A stretch of DNA of 24,133 nt from the NCBI GenBank assembly GCA_024626585.2, contig JANKJI020000004.1, positions 168,269,368 to 168,293,500 of the forward strand, read 5' to 3'. Of the stretch, positions 11,221 through 22,239 are shown one piece after another (the stretch's first letter is position 1; each line of letters opens with the position of its first letter). The notes below the pieces were generated by a model, which saw only the letters and a program-made list of their open reading frames with translations, was not told the DNA's origin and did no database searches. The translations under genes were made by a program, and so were the position numbers. The stretch comes from Ginkgo biloba. Taxonomy: Eukaryota > Plantae > Ginkgophyta.

Positions 11221-13249
11221 TTATTTTTTCCTTTTAGGTTGGGCACTTTAGCGTACTTGGAAGAGGCATTAATAGCATTGTAACTAGAGTAGGAAAAAAT
11301 AATAGCCTACTTTGTATTGAATACAAAGTAGATCCATCTAGGATCATAGCACTGATAGCATTGAACCTCTTAGTCTACAAAAATATAACTACTTTTTCTA
11401 CTAGCATTCCACTTGCCATTAATCATGATTGTTGCAAGACTATCTCACAAAAGCATCTAATGTTATTATTCCATGTCATCGACTAGGTCTTCTTATATGA
11501 AGTCCAAGCACATCTTAATGTTGGTTGCAACCCATTTGGAAGTGCATTTTATAACACTAATTTTATTCAAGAGTATTACAAGAGGAAAATTTGATGTAGT
11601 ATTTCCTATAAAACTAATTATACTCTATTTCTAATTGAAGAAGAGTCATACTTTTAAATTGAAACTACCACTAAAGGTGGAAGAGCAATTTGGGATATGT
11701 TGAAGGCTACATGCTTACCAATCATGAGGAGCAAAGAGATGTTTGGATGGGTTTTTGTGTTTTAGTTTTAAATCAAATCGATCCTCTGTGTTTGTCATCA
11801 ATCTTAATTGATTTTTTATCTTAGATGCTTATGGCCCTTCACTTATCCACAATGTGATCTTGGACAAGTGGCCTTTAGGTTAGTCAAACCCGAATTAACC
11901 TTTGTCCACTATCCACTTTTGGATCACAAAGGATGGTATCTTTTCAAGGACATAATATAGATAGTTACATTGCAAAATATAAAAACACAACTTAATTTGC
12001 TTCCCAATACTTAGGAATATAGAGAATCTAGTTACATTGTGATTGATAAGATACCGAAAAGGCAATTTGCAATTTAAACAATTTGTTTGTTTGGCACAAT
12101 GGAGAGATGGGTTCCTACTAATTATATAATGTATTGTTTGCCTCACTAATGCATATTATTGTACTGTGTTCTATTACAAAAAATATAAATAAAAAAATAA
12201 TGTGTGGACTTCAAAAATTCAAAAGAAAGAAATAACAAAAACAGGCTCCTAAAAATAGAGAGAACATGGTTTTATTTCACTACTTGCAATGTCCTACCTT
12301 TGGCGACAAGAAAAACAAGGTTATTCAAAATAAATACTTGCCATGCAATGTACTATGTAGCTTGTCCCTATCATAATGATTCTCTCTATTTGCAATCTTA
12401 AACATTTTTTCTTCCTACCCAATTAAATACTTTTCTAGTAAATTTTATGTCAATACAATTCTAATTAAAACAAATCAAATATTACACTAGGAATTCTCTT
12501 ATAGAAGTTGTAACCCTTTATACATGTATTCACGACGACAAGAAACATTTTTTCTTCTAATTAGTATATAAATGATCCGTATCTCAGTGGGTGAGTCAAA
12601 ATCTCCCAATGTCATTAACTACGGATTTATGTTTTTAATTTAAAANNNNNNNNNNNNNNNNNNNNNNNNNNNNNNNNNNNNNNNNNNNNNNNNNNNNNNN
12701 NNNNNNNNNNNNNNNNNNNNNNNNNNNNNNNNNNNNNNNNNNNNNCTACCATGCCTAAAAGGTATCATACCCCTACCATATGTGGTTACACCTCTCCACC
12801 AAGTCCACATGATGGCATAACAACATAGAAAGGATTCTCACTTTAAAATGTAAAAAGGGAGTTCTAAGGAACCAAATTATAATGGTGAGAGTGAATATAA
12901 GATGAATGAGTTAGGTGACTATCTTTTTATAACTAAACATATATTGGAATGAAATAGGATTCTAACATGAAACTNNNNNNNNNNNNNNNNNNNNNNNNNN
13001 NNNNNNNNNNNNNNNNATTCATATATATTCTAAGGTAAATCAATAAGGAGTCCTAGTTGCCTAGATTATTTTAATTAGTTGCATGAAAAAGGTGGAAAGA
13101 TGTGAATGGTGACTTATAAGCCCCGATACCTTTTATGGAATATAAATTAAAAAAATAGAATAGAACTAAGTAAACCTATCATGCAAATACTAGCGCAAGA
13201 CATCACTTCTACAAATTATTTTTCATTACATTAAAGAAGATATGAAGAA

Positions 13250-13450
13250 GGGATGGTGTTCATAAATAACTTGTATTCCTACCATCATTAGGTTAAATCT
13301 CATATAATTAATTCTTTCTTACATGTTATTTATGTGAACAATGCCACACTTACAATGTAAACAAATGTATACTTATGAGTTGAGCATAGAAGGTTTGATA
13401 ATCTAAATCATCGACACATAAGGAGGATATAGGAGAAGGGCTACGTAAAT
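13250..13450 (+). mobile_element. Ty1/Copia GAG-pre-integrase relic
   Basis: From 13385: HRRFDNLNHRHIRRI*EKGYV, versus the consensus WHRRFGHLNxxxLxxMxxKGxV. Upstream GMVFINNLY resembles GxxxNNLY. Confidence 0.5.
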
Positions 13451-13789
13451 TTCACTATCTTATAATTTGAATACTTTAACCAAGGTTCAGATTTGACAAC
13501 GTCATTACCTGTCAAACAATTTTCAAATTATCATATAATGGAAAGATTAAAATTTGTCCTGAAAATAAAATGTACATTGAATTTTTAACCCATCATTGCA
13601 TAAGGCTTGATTATTTTTTATTTTTGAATAGAAGGGCTACTCGATAAATTATCTGTCAAATATAATTGGAATTCACATTGAAGAAATAAAATGGCATGGA
13701 GGACATAGAAAGTAATTGCTATTAATAATTACATTAAAATAAAATTTGTACAAACTTCTTCTTTAATAAGATTCATAGGTTTGTTTCAA

Positions 13790-13975
13790 TCTTAAAATAA
13801 TTCGCAACTTCTTAAAATAATTCACAGCTTCAATTCTTGAACAAATAGCAAAGAAAAATTGATTTAGATAATTTTTTTTAGATTCCATCTCAGATTAGAT
13901 AAGGAGGATTACTTAAATATTTTTTATAAGTACATTCATCTAAGATTAGATAAGGAATACTAAAATTTACCAATA
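13790..13975. repeat. Short local duplications in AT-rich DNA
   Basis: 20-bp tandem tcttaaaataattcgcaact / tcttaaaataattcacagct (13790-13829). catct(c/a)agattagataagga is repeated about 50 bp apart (~13886 and ~13937). Confidence 0.7.
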
Positions 13976-15022
13976 TTAAATTTTGTAAATTATATAATAT
14001 AGTATATTTTCTTAACTTTGAAGTAAGTAGATAATTATAAATAATAATATTATAGTGCATTTTGCCAAATACCATATTGTACTAAAATTAGTTAATATAT
14101 AATATATGTATCTTAGATATATATTTAAAATATGATTTAATAAAAATATGTTTGTAACATGGCATTTCTATAAGATATTCATGGATTATTAGTAAGTTTT
14201 TATTATTTGCATTACTCTAGATCAATATCTAATATCTAAAAAACTTTAAATTAATTATAAAGAATATAAATATAATAAATGAAAATAAATGTGCTTGTCA
14301 TAGAGTGCTCACACATCTTATACCAATTGTTTATTTTTATTTGATTTCAATTAGAATGGTTTTTCATAATGTGTTTTTAATTAAAGTGGTAGTTATTTAA
14401 TTATCCAAATGTATCATGGGTATTATTTTATACCCCTTTCTCTTCTCCTTAATATTCTTGAGAGTGGTCAATGGCCCAAATCCACCTTGGTAAGGCCCGC
14501 TCCTACTTGTAATACACTGGCATCAAAACTAGCTAGCCAATTATCCCATAGAATATGTATATCTAATAATGAAGGCATTGAGTTGAGTGTCAAATCCATT
14601 AGATAGATAGAGGGAGTAGACCCTGATGTAGATGATATATATTGAGTAGAGGTACCACCATGTTTAACTATTATTCTATAGTTAAATGCTCAAACTAACA
14701 CCAACTATTCATTCCACAAGAATATTCATCATAAATCACAGACATTCTTAGTATTTTATTATCAATTAGCAATTCAATCCATTAAATAACATAAACCAAT
14801 AACATTCCTCAATAATAAATTCATGAGACAATGGAGAGAATAATCATTAATCATTTCCATTATCACATGCTCTAGTCCCTTATAGTGAATAATCAAAATA
14901 CAAGTATTTAAAGACTTATAATACCTACCTTTTCTAAATAGAATATTCAATTTCAATACTATAACATTCTTTGTTATATTATTACATCAAACTAGTTTCA
15001 AAATATTATAAAACATATACCT

Positions 15023-15185
15023 TGCATAATTTGTGTAGAGGTGTACCTAATTAAATTCCTAACGGAAGAGCTATGCATTTTCAAGGGGGTTTCCACCTAA
15101 GGGTTGAAAATTAGATATTATAATTTACCCTTATATTCCTTTATATTCCATAATCTTAGGCATTTTATCAAGGACTATCCAATTT
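15023..15185 (+). mobile_element. L1-type LINE ORF1 relic (zf-CCHC_4 region following DUF4283)
   Basis: IICVEVYLIKFLTEELCIFKGVST*GLKIRYYNLPLYSFIFHNLRHFIKDYP matches plant LINE ORF1 RICVEVDLxKPLPxxI...IxYExLPxxCFxCxxxGHxxKDCP with decayed Cys residues. A weak upstream match IPQEYS...ILLSISNSI lies at ~14710-14780. Confidence 0.65.
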
Positions 15186-15623
15186 TTATCCCCCCACTTA
15201 AGGTCACTCTTGGAAAGGAATATGAGAAAAATTATCTCTCAAGCCAAGCCAATCAGGGTTCAAGTCCTATTACAAATATAGAACCAAATGTTTGAGCATA
15301 TCATCCTTCACAAAAATATAATAAGATATATATTACATAAAAACTCTCTTTGAAGGATAACAAAAGGATCAAGGAAGTCAAATCCACTAAACCAATAAAT
15401 ATTATTACTAATAAAATAGTGGGCATGTCTCAAGAAGGTGTGGATAACAAAAATAGTTAATGTATCATAAAATTAGGGGATATTTATTATACAATCCATA
15501 TTATTATAACAATAGGTCACTTGTGGCTCTCAAATTAGAATTTTAGGTAGATTAGATCATTGAAACAATAATCATGCCTTGTTATGCTACTCATATATTC
15601 CTTTTTTATTATTAATAAAACAT

Positions 15624-15650
15624 GTTGTTGGTTGGTTGGTTGTTGGTTGT
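15624..15650 (+). repeat. Imperfect (GTTG)n microsatellite
   Basis: gttgttggttggttggttgttggttgt. Confidence 0.8.
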
Positions 15651-15979
15651 TTTAGGTTCATTATGAGACAACTACTCCTTCATATCCTTCTTGATACTCA
15701 AAATTGGTCATCATTTATTTATAATCATTATTAACCCCTCTTGCTTTCTTGATCATCTTATTTTCTCACTTATTCCATATTTCTAGATAGTGGGGCCCAT
15801 GTTATAAGTCATTTTTACTTCACCTTATTGAAAAACACCATAATATAGGGTGTTATTAAGATACATTATCTACACCTGCNNNNNNNNNNNNNNNNNNNNN
15901 NNNNNNNNNNNNNNNNNNNNNNNNNNNNNNNNNNNNNNNNNNNNNNNNNNNNNNNNNNNNNNNNNNNNNNNNNNNNNNN

Positions 15980-17157
15980 CCTTACACTACCAGGTTACTA
16001 TTAACGTATGTGCTCCGTTCAACTAACAAATCTCATAAAATTTTAGATATGGGAATCTGGTAAGATCTTAGGACTTCACCAAAGATTCTTAAATCTAGTT
16101 TTGTTGGATATAGACACAAAATAAAGATGACATTATCTATAACTTGATCTAGATATTTTTATGAAATAACTCCTACTATGCTACTTAACTTTGGTTGGGT
16201 CATCTTAACTAACAAGTTTATTAAGAGATCTAACTCATCATCATATATTGTTATTTTAGGTACCTTTTTATGTTTGTCATCTAGGCCATCCTAGATAGTA
16301 AGGATCTTAGCCTTCTTCTTAGACCAATAATTATCATTGTAATTCCCTATAATATTGTATTAAATCCAATAGAATTTAGGATCATTACCTATTAACCCTT
16401 TTGTTTGATTGACATTATTATTAGAAGATGGATTACCATTTTTTCTAATGTCCTCCTTTGGTACATGCTTCTTTTTTGTCCCTATTTCTATCTTAAGTGT
16501 GAAGTTGTAAGACTTGTCTAAAGTAAGAATATTGAACATATCAAGCTCATGTTCAATTATGATTTTATTTCCTCCTATAAAATTCAAGATCATATTATCC
16601 TTAACTTGTATCTTAATCTTTATTACCATCTTATAGAACACATCTATAAATTACTCCATGTTCAAATGCATCTCTTCCTTCAAACACTGCCACTTCTTAT
16701 AAAAACTTGCTCATGTACCCTAAGGGTTATTATATGTTCCTCAGTAATGTCTTAAGCTCACCCATATGGCAGCATGTGCATTTTCCAATTTATAAATGTA
16801 GTGCTCCCACTAGGACGAATCTTATTTGACTATCCTTAATTTGGCAAAGTTGATTCTTTTATAAATTATTAAATCATTGGGTACCAAAATAAGCTTCCAA
16901 ATCTTAAACCCAATCATCCAAATTTTTCATATATATGGTCCCATCAGATGCCTTAATCTCTAGCTTTGTGTCCACCTTAATTATTGCAAGTCCTAATAGA
17001 GAACTAGTAGCACAAGGCGTGTGTATGGGTTGCACTATCATTGCTTTTATAGTGACCCACATTTGAATTTATTATAAAAGAAACTAATTTTGTTGATTAA
17101 TGTATTAATTTACTATTGCAATGTATACTCCCTATGATTAGTGGATGTACAAGGTTA
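15980..17157 (-). mobile_element. gag: CRM-like Ty3/Gypsy gag-protease remnant, unit C
   Basis: Collinear with 17770-18935. Protease part reads ESLVKS*DLTRFPYLKFYEIC*LNGAHTLIVT. Bounded by gaps on both sides. Confidence 0.85.
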
Positions 17158-17257
17158 NNNNNNNNNNNNNNNNNNNNNNNNNNNNNNNNNNNNNNNNNNN
17201 NNNNNNNNNNNNNNNNNNNNNNNNNNNNNNNNNNNNNNNNNNNNNNNNNNNNNNNNN

Positions 17258-19260
17258 CCTCTTACCAATCAAAGCCATGTGACCTCTAAAGGGTGCTAAG
17301 CCTATGATATCCTACTTAACATGTATGTGTGTACCTAATGGAATATTGCTTTCTCTCCCTTTAGGTAGAAATGGTCTCCATTATTGTTGTTCTTTGGTTC
17401 AATAAGGTGTAGCAATCTATGTTGAGGATAATGCCCCATGGTTATGTCTCCTATATGGTGGTATGTTTTTGGTATGTTGTTTAGATTTATATGGTATCAC
17501 CTTCTCCTTTATATTACCTACAAACAAAGATATGTGGGGATAATTTTCTTGGGATGATAGAGTATAAGTATGATGTTATGGTAAAGACTTGATAGTAAAA
17601 TGTTGATTTGCCTTAGTTACCCTATAATGTTTCTGTCTTCTGTAGAATATAACATATTGATCATATAAGTATGGACTCCCAAAGATCATACTTTCACAAT
17701 AAATTGGAACTACATCACATATGGACTTATCAATGAAGGATGGTGTAATCATAAATCTTATCTTATATTGTTGGGTCATTATAAACTTATAGCCTCCATT
17801 CAACCAACAAATCTCATAAGGTTCTTGATTTGGGAACATAGTAATATTTTGACACTTCATCAAAGATTTTAAAATCAATTTCTCCTGAACTACCTACATC
17901 AAACAAAGTTAATACTATATGTTTCTTGATCTAGATCCTTATATAGAATAACTTCATATGTTCCTACTTAACCCATAGTTAGGCCCTCTTCACCACAAAA
18001 ATAATTGAGATATATGGATTGTCATCATATATATCCATGTTAGGTACCTTTCTAGGTCATTTTTCTTGGTCTTCTTGGATAGTAAGACTCTTAGCATTCT
18101 TCTTCAACCAACAATTCTCATGAAAATATATGTTAACCTTGTAATGGTTGCAATAGGATTTGGGATTATTTCCTTGCAACCCTTTAGTTCAGTTGTTTCT
18201 TCTTCAAGGAGATGTACTGTCCCCCTTTCTTACATCCCCCCTTAGTACATGCTTCTTACCTCTACCTTGATTGCAAAGTAGTAAGCCTTGTATAACATAT
18301 ATTTTTAGAATAAATCAATCTCTTGTCGAATAGTGGTGTTGAGTCCTCTTATAAACTTTAATAGTATTTTATCTTCAATTTCTTGCATGTTAAGCTTGAT
18401 CACCATTTTATGGGATTCATAAATGTATTTCTCCAGTATTTGATGCTTATCCTACTTCAATTTCTACCACTTCGTGTAGAGCTTGTTCATGTACCTTGGG
18501 GGTATAATTTTCTTCTTAACAATGGCTTGGACTACTCCCATATGGTACCCTATGGATTCCCTAGTTGGTGAATGTAATACTCCCACCAAGCTAAAGCATG
18601 TTTGACCATCCTTAATTTAAAAATGTTTATTTTCTTTAAATTATTAAATCCTTGGGTACCAAAATAAGCTTCAAAATATTAAACCCAATCATGCAAATTT
18701 TTCATATCTATGGTCCCATTAGATGCCTTAATCACTAGCTTTGTGTCCACCTTAATTACTACAAGTCCTAATAGAGAACTAGTAGCATAAGGTGTATGTA
18801 TGGGTTACACTGTCATTGGTTTTATAGTGACCAGCATTTTTTGAATTTATTATAAAAGCAACTAATTTTGTTGTATTAATGTATCAATTTACTATTTCAA
18901 TATATACTCCCTATGAGTATTGGATGTAGAAGGTTGAAACCCATGTATTAGTCTCTGTGTTAGATCTAGATATCCTAATAGGAGATGAGGATAGAATCAA
19001 GTTCATCTACTTTGGATTTTAATATCTTGACTAAAAAGGGATTAGANNNNNNNNNNNNNNNNNNNNNNNNNNNNNNNNNNNNNNNNNTGGAGGTAATATC
19101 AAACTATGGTTTTATACCTATCCTAATTAATAGTACTTATTTGGCCCTAATCTAGATATATAGTATTCTCATTCAGTCTACACCATCAACTAAAAATAGA
19201 TAAAGAAACCAACATTGTAGAGAAAAATAATCTAGGTGTTGAACCTAATCTAATACCAAA
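17258..19260 (-). mobile_element. gag: CRM-like Ty3/Gypsy internal region, unit D: PBS, gag, zinc knuckle, protease, stop, non-coding tail
   Basis: Gag KVDTKLVIKASNGTIDMKNLHDWV*YFEAYF...KLRMVKHALAWWE...WE*SKPLLRRKLYPQG. Knuckle relic YCNHYKVNIYFHENCW. Protease LFDVGS (17889-17906) and PYEICWL...FIDKSICDVVP...IFGSPYLYD, a CRM-type signature, ending in a stop at 17576-17578. Confidence 0.9.
19247..19258 (-). promoter_or_regulatory. Primer-binding site (tRNA-iMet type), decayed
   Basis: TGGTATTAGATT versus canonical TGGTATCAGAGC (9/12), 2 nt after an LTR end ...GTAACATCA. Confidence 0.75.
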
Positions 19261-19843
19261 TGATGTTACCTCACTATGTCTTTATTATTGTGGTGTTTAG
19301 AAGTGTGTAGCTATGGCTACACATGGATCACTTTTGAGACTAATTAGTCCTCATTCAAATATATTGTCACTCTGCACATACACAAGACATCTTTATCTAT
19401 ACTATATTTAAGATAGGTTCCTCAAACTATTTTGTTGTCAACCTTAATTATTAATGCCATTCATTTTTTCTAATATACCATGTCTTGTTCCTATTATGCT
19501 ACAGTTTTAAATAAACTATGCACCACACCTTTATCCCACTTCTGTGAGTTTCTCTTACAATACTACATATTTTTTTAGATGCCAAAAATACTAAGAATGA
19601 AGTTGTATTCTCACCCTCGATCAGATACATGGTATTTTGTCAAGTACCTCCAAGTGTAGTGAATATTTGAAAAATGATGTGTACATAATATAAGTATATT
19701 TTTATTAATAATATATCTCTTATGAGTCCAAGAATAAATATCATACACATGAATAAGTGATTTATGCTCATAGACTATGGATTTTTATATAAATAATCTA
19801 GGTCCATAAAAAATATCTCTATCCAAAACTAAGATCTCATACA
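19261..19843 (-). repeat. LTR (~583 bp) between units E and D
   Basis: Minus strand starts TGTATG after a purine-rich tract and ends CATCA before the PBS. TGATG...CATCA termini are characteristic of CRM elements. The 19843 boundary is less certain than 19261. Confidence 0.65.
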
Positions 19844-20406
19844 TTCATCCATCTCAAGGAATTGTTGTCCATGTAAGGAATCCTTTGAGTGGTGAATGTG
19901 TAGTACTTATTATAATCTAGGATAAAACCTATATTAGTAAAAAATATTAATTAAGTAGAATGCATTTTTAGAAATAGTGTACAATACAATTATTCCCCTT
20001 GGTTATGAGTCCCACTAATAATTCAAGTCCATGCTTTCTACCTTTGTAGTATAATAATACACTATTCTCATACTTAGTAGTGTATATGTAAATACACATA
20101 AATTTCTCTCTCCTCAAAAATAAATGTACCCCGTTGTTTGTTTCTCTTTGGGTGGGTAGGATATAACAACTAGTGTCTAGGATGATACCCCAATATATGG
20201 TCTTTAATATGATAATATATACTTGACCTACTATATTATTTCTTATGTTCCCACCTTCTCCTTTATCCAACCTATAAAAATGGATATGTGGTGATTCTTT
20301 TCTTGGGATAGTAGGGTAGTAGTGCGGCATTATGGTCTTGATTTTATGAGGAAGTGTTGATTTTCCTTAGTCACCCTATAACAATTCCTTCTCCAATAGA
20401 AGACTG
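19844..20406 (-). mobile_element. CRM-like unit E 3' part: protease C-terminus, ~470-bp non-coding tail, decayed PPT
   Basis: VFYWRRNCYRVTKENQHFLIKSRP* (stop at 20330) parallels IFYRRQKHYRVTKANQHFTIKSLP* of unit D. The tail 20010-20330 is homologous to 17258-17575. PPT-like GAGATGGATGAA at 19844-19855. Confidence 0.8.
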
Positions 20407-20506
20407 NNNNNNNNNNNNNNNNNNNNNNNNNNNNNNNNNNNNNNNNNNNNNNNNNNNNNNNNNNNNNNNNNNNNNNNNNNNNNNNNNNNNNNNNNNNNNN
20501 NNNNNN

Positions 20507-20945
20507 ATGATAAGCACCAGTCTGATCACAAATTTCAAGTGGGAGACAAAGCATGGCTACATCTCCCTAAGGAAATATTTGAAGGGAAAAATTTAAAGAT
20601 GAAGCATATTCGATATGGTCCATTTGTTATCATTGAGAAAGTGGAACATAATGCCTTTACCGTATATTAGGATCTAACTAATTGTTAATGTTGATATCTT
20701 GAATCTATTTGAACCCTCCATATTGGATGAAAGGAAGATGAAAATGAGGTTCTAATATCCCCTCTAGAAGAGTTAATTCCAGATGAACAGAAACCACTAG
20801 AAGAAGATATAATTTTGTAAAGTAAAGGCAAGGCATCCACACAAGGTGCCACTAAGTTGTATAAATTTGGTCAAAAAGGGAATTTACCTCAAGTAGGAAA
20901 ATAGTTCATAAAAGAACAAATTAGAAATCAATTTTTAGTCCTTAG
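20507..20945 (+). mobile_element. pol: Ty3/Gypsy integrase C-terminus (GPY/F motif plus chromodomain-like tail), opposite orientation to the array
   Basis: DKHQSDHKFQVGDKAWLHLPKEIFEGKNLKMKHIRYGPFVIIEKVEHNAF...VNVDILNLFEPSILDE...EDIIL*SKGKASTQG...KGNLPQVGK*F, with frameshifts. Confidence 0.85.
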
Positions 20946-22239
20946 TAAGAAGATGATAGAGATTGAAAGCTTCTATAATATTTATGATAGATGGGACATG
21001 AGTTATGCACTCTGTTAGGGTTTCTCTTGAAAGGGAGCCATTTTTCTTCCAAGGTAATGATGGCCTACTCTTGCCTTTAACCCTTCTCAAGTTCATACCA
21101 ACAGTCAGAGGAGACCAAGGTCTAGCAATATGTAAAAGGGAAGAGGTTCTCTGTCATTATAGAAGTTTATGCCTATGGTGGATAGCTTGGATTCATTTTC
21201 TTAGTGTGCATTAGTTTATGTTGGTTGCAGATCTTGTTTGGGGCTATGAATTAGTTTTGAAGGGGCCTCTATGCCCCATTTTGAATTTTGTCTTCCTGGT
21301 GATATTGTTGGTGTGCCTCTTCACTTATGGGTGGATTTCTCATGGGAGGGCATTATATACTGGTGGTCGATTGTATGTTGGTGCATTATGCCATATTATC
21401 TCCCATCCCAAGCCCTGTTCTATGGGTGGTGCATTCAAATGGAAACATCTTGTGGCTCATCGTTGTGGGACAACTTTATCTCCTAGTGCAGGCTATGTTA
21501 TTTTGTAGGTTTTCCAATGGTTCCTCTGCCATTATGACCATGCAATTTCATTGTGTAGATGGATTATTTCCTCCCTATGGAAATCCATTCATTATGGTCA
21601 TGGGCGTTTGTGGATAAATGACTTTAGTTTCATTGATGGATCTACATGGAGGGGCCTATGGTGCCTCTTATTTCATAGTAGTAGTTTCGCTTGTTCCATC
21701 TAAGGTTCATCAATGACTTGTTCCATATGAGGATGAGTGTCTTATTTTAATTGCATCTTTGGTGCCTTGTGTGGCATCCGTTGGTGTAGTTTGTTAAACT
21801 TTTTTATAAACCTAAGCATTAAAATCCTGCATGGTTTGATTAGGGTTTAAAATATTTTATCTAATGGTTGGTTTGTATGTTGGTTCCCTACGTTCTATCT
21901 GAGGTATCTCATTTGGAGCCTTACACAGTTGGTTTTGATTCTTCTAATCTCCAGCTCTAGGAAGGCACCTCACTCATAGGGTTTGTTATGGTTAAGGATG
22001 CATGATCTTAGGAATGGATAGTTGTGAAACTATCCACACCTTCTTTTTGTAAATGATGTAATCCTTCCTATTCCTGATAAATAAAATCAATGTGTGCATA
22101 TGTATTTGAANNNNNNNNNNNNNNNNNNNNNNNNNNNNNNNNNNNNNNNNNNNNNNNNNNNNNNNNNNNNNNNNNNNNNNNNNNNNNNNNNNNNNNNNNN
22201 NNNNNNNNNNCCCATGTATCTCTATCTTCTCTCTTCTCT

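Larger units (their letters stand above)
993..22210. other. 14 assembly gaps (N runs)
   Basis: N runs at 993-1022, 1236-1335, 2687-2699, 3153-3437, 4576-4670, 5846-5945, 6995-7094, 12646-12745, 12975-13016, 15880-15979, 17158-17257, 19047-19087, 20407-20506 and 22111-22210. Eight are exactly 100 N, the usual unknown-size placeholder, so spacing across them is unreliable. Confidence 0.98.

Noticed and set aside
12850-13050. Possible Gypsy gag relic (EPNYNGESEYKMNELGDYLF)
   Set aside because: The similarity is too weak and is split by a gap.
540-13975. Short direct repeats (572-774, 6051-6100, 13790-13975) as a CRISPR array
   Set aside because: Only 2-4 degenerate copies each, no regular unique spacers and no cas genes.
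16825-18935. The ~330-bp near-identical pair as the two LTRs of one element
   Set aside because: The repeat encodes the gag N-terminus and homology continues beyond it. It is duplicated internal sequence.
19968-20330. 120-aa minus-strand ORF after the protease stop as a novel accessory protein
   Set aside because: No motif, and the homologous tail in unit D (17258-17575) has no matching ORF in the track.
21005-21617. Overlapping 69-96 aa ORFs as real genes
   Set aside because: No recognisable motifs. Open frames are expected from the G/T-rich composition.
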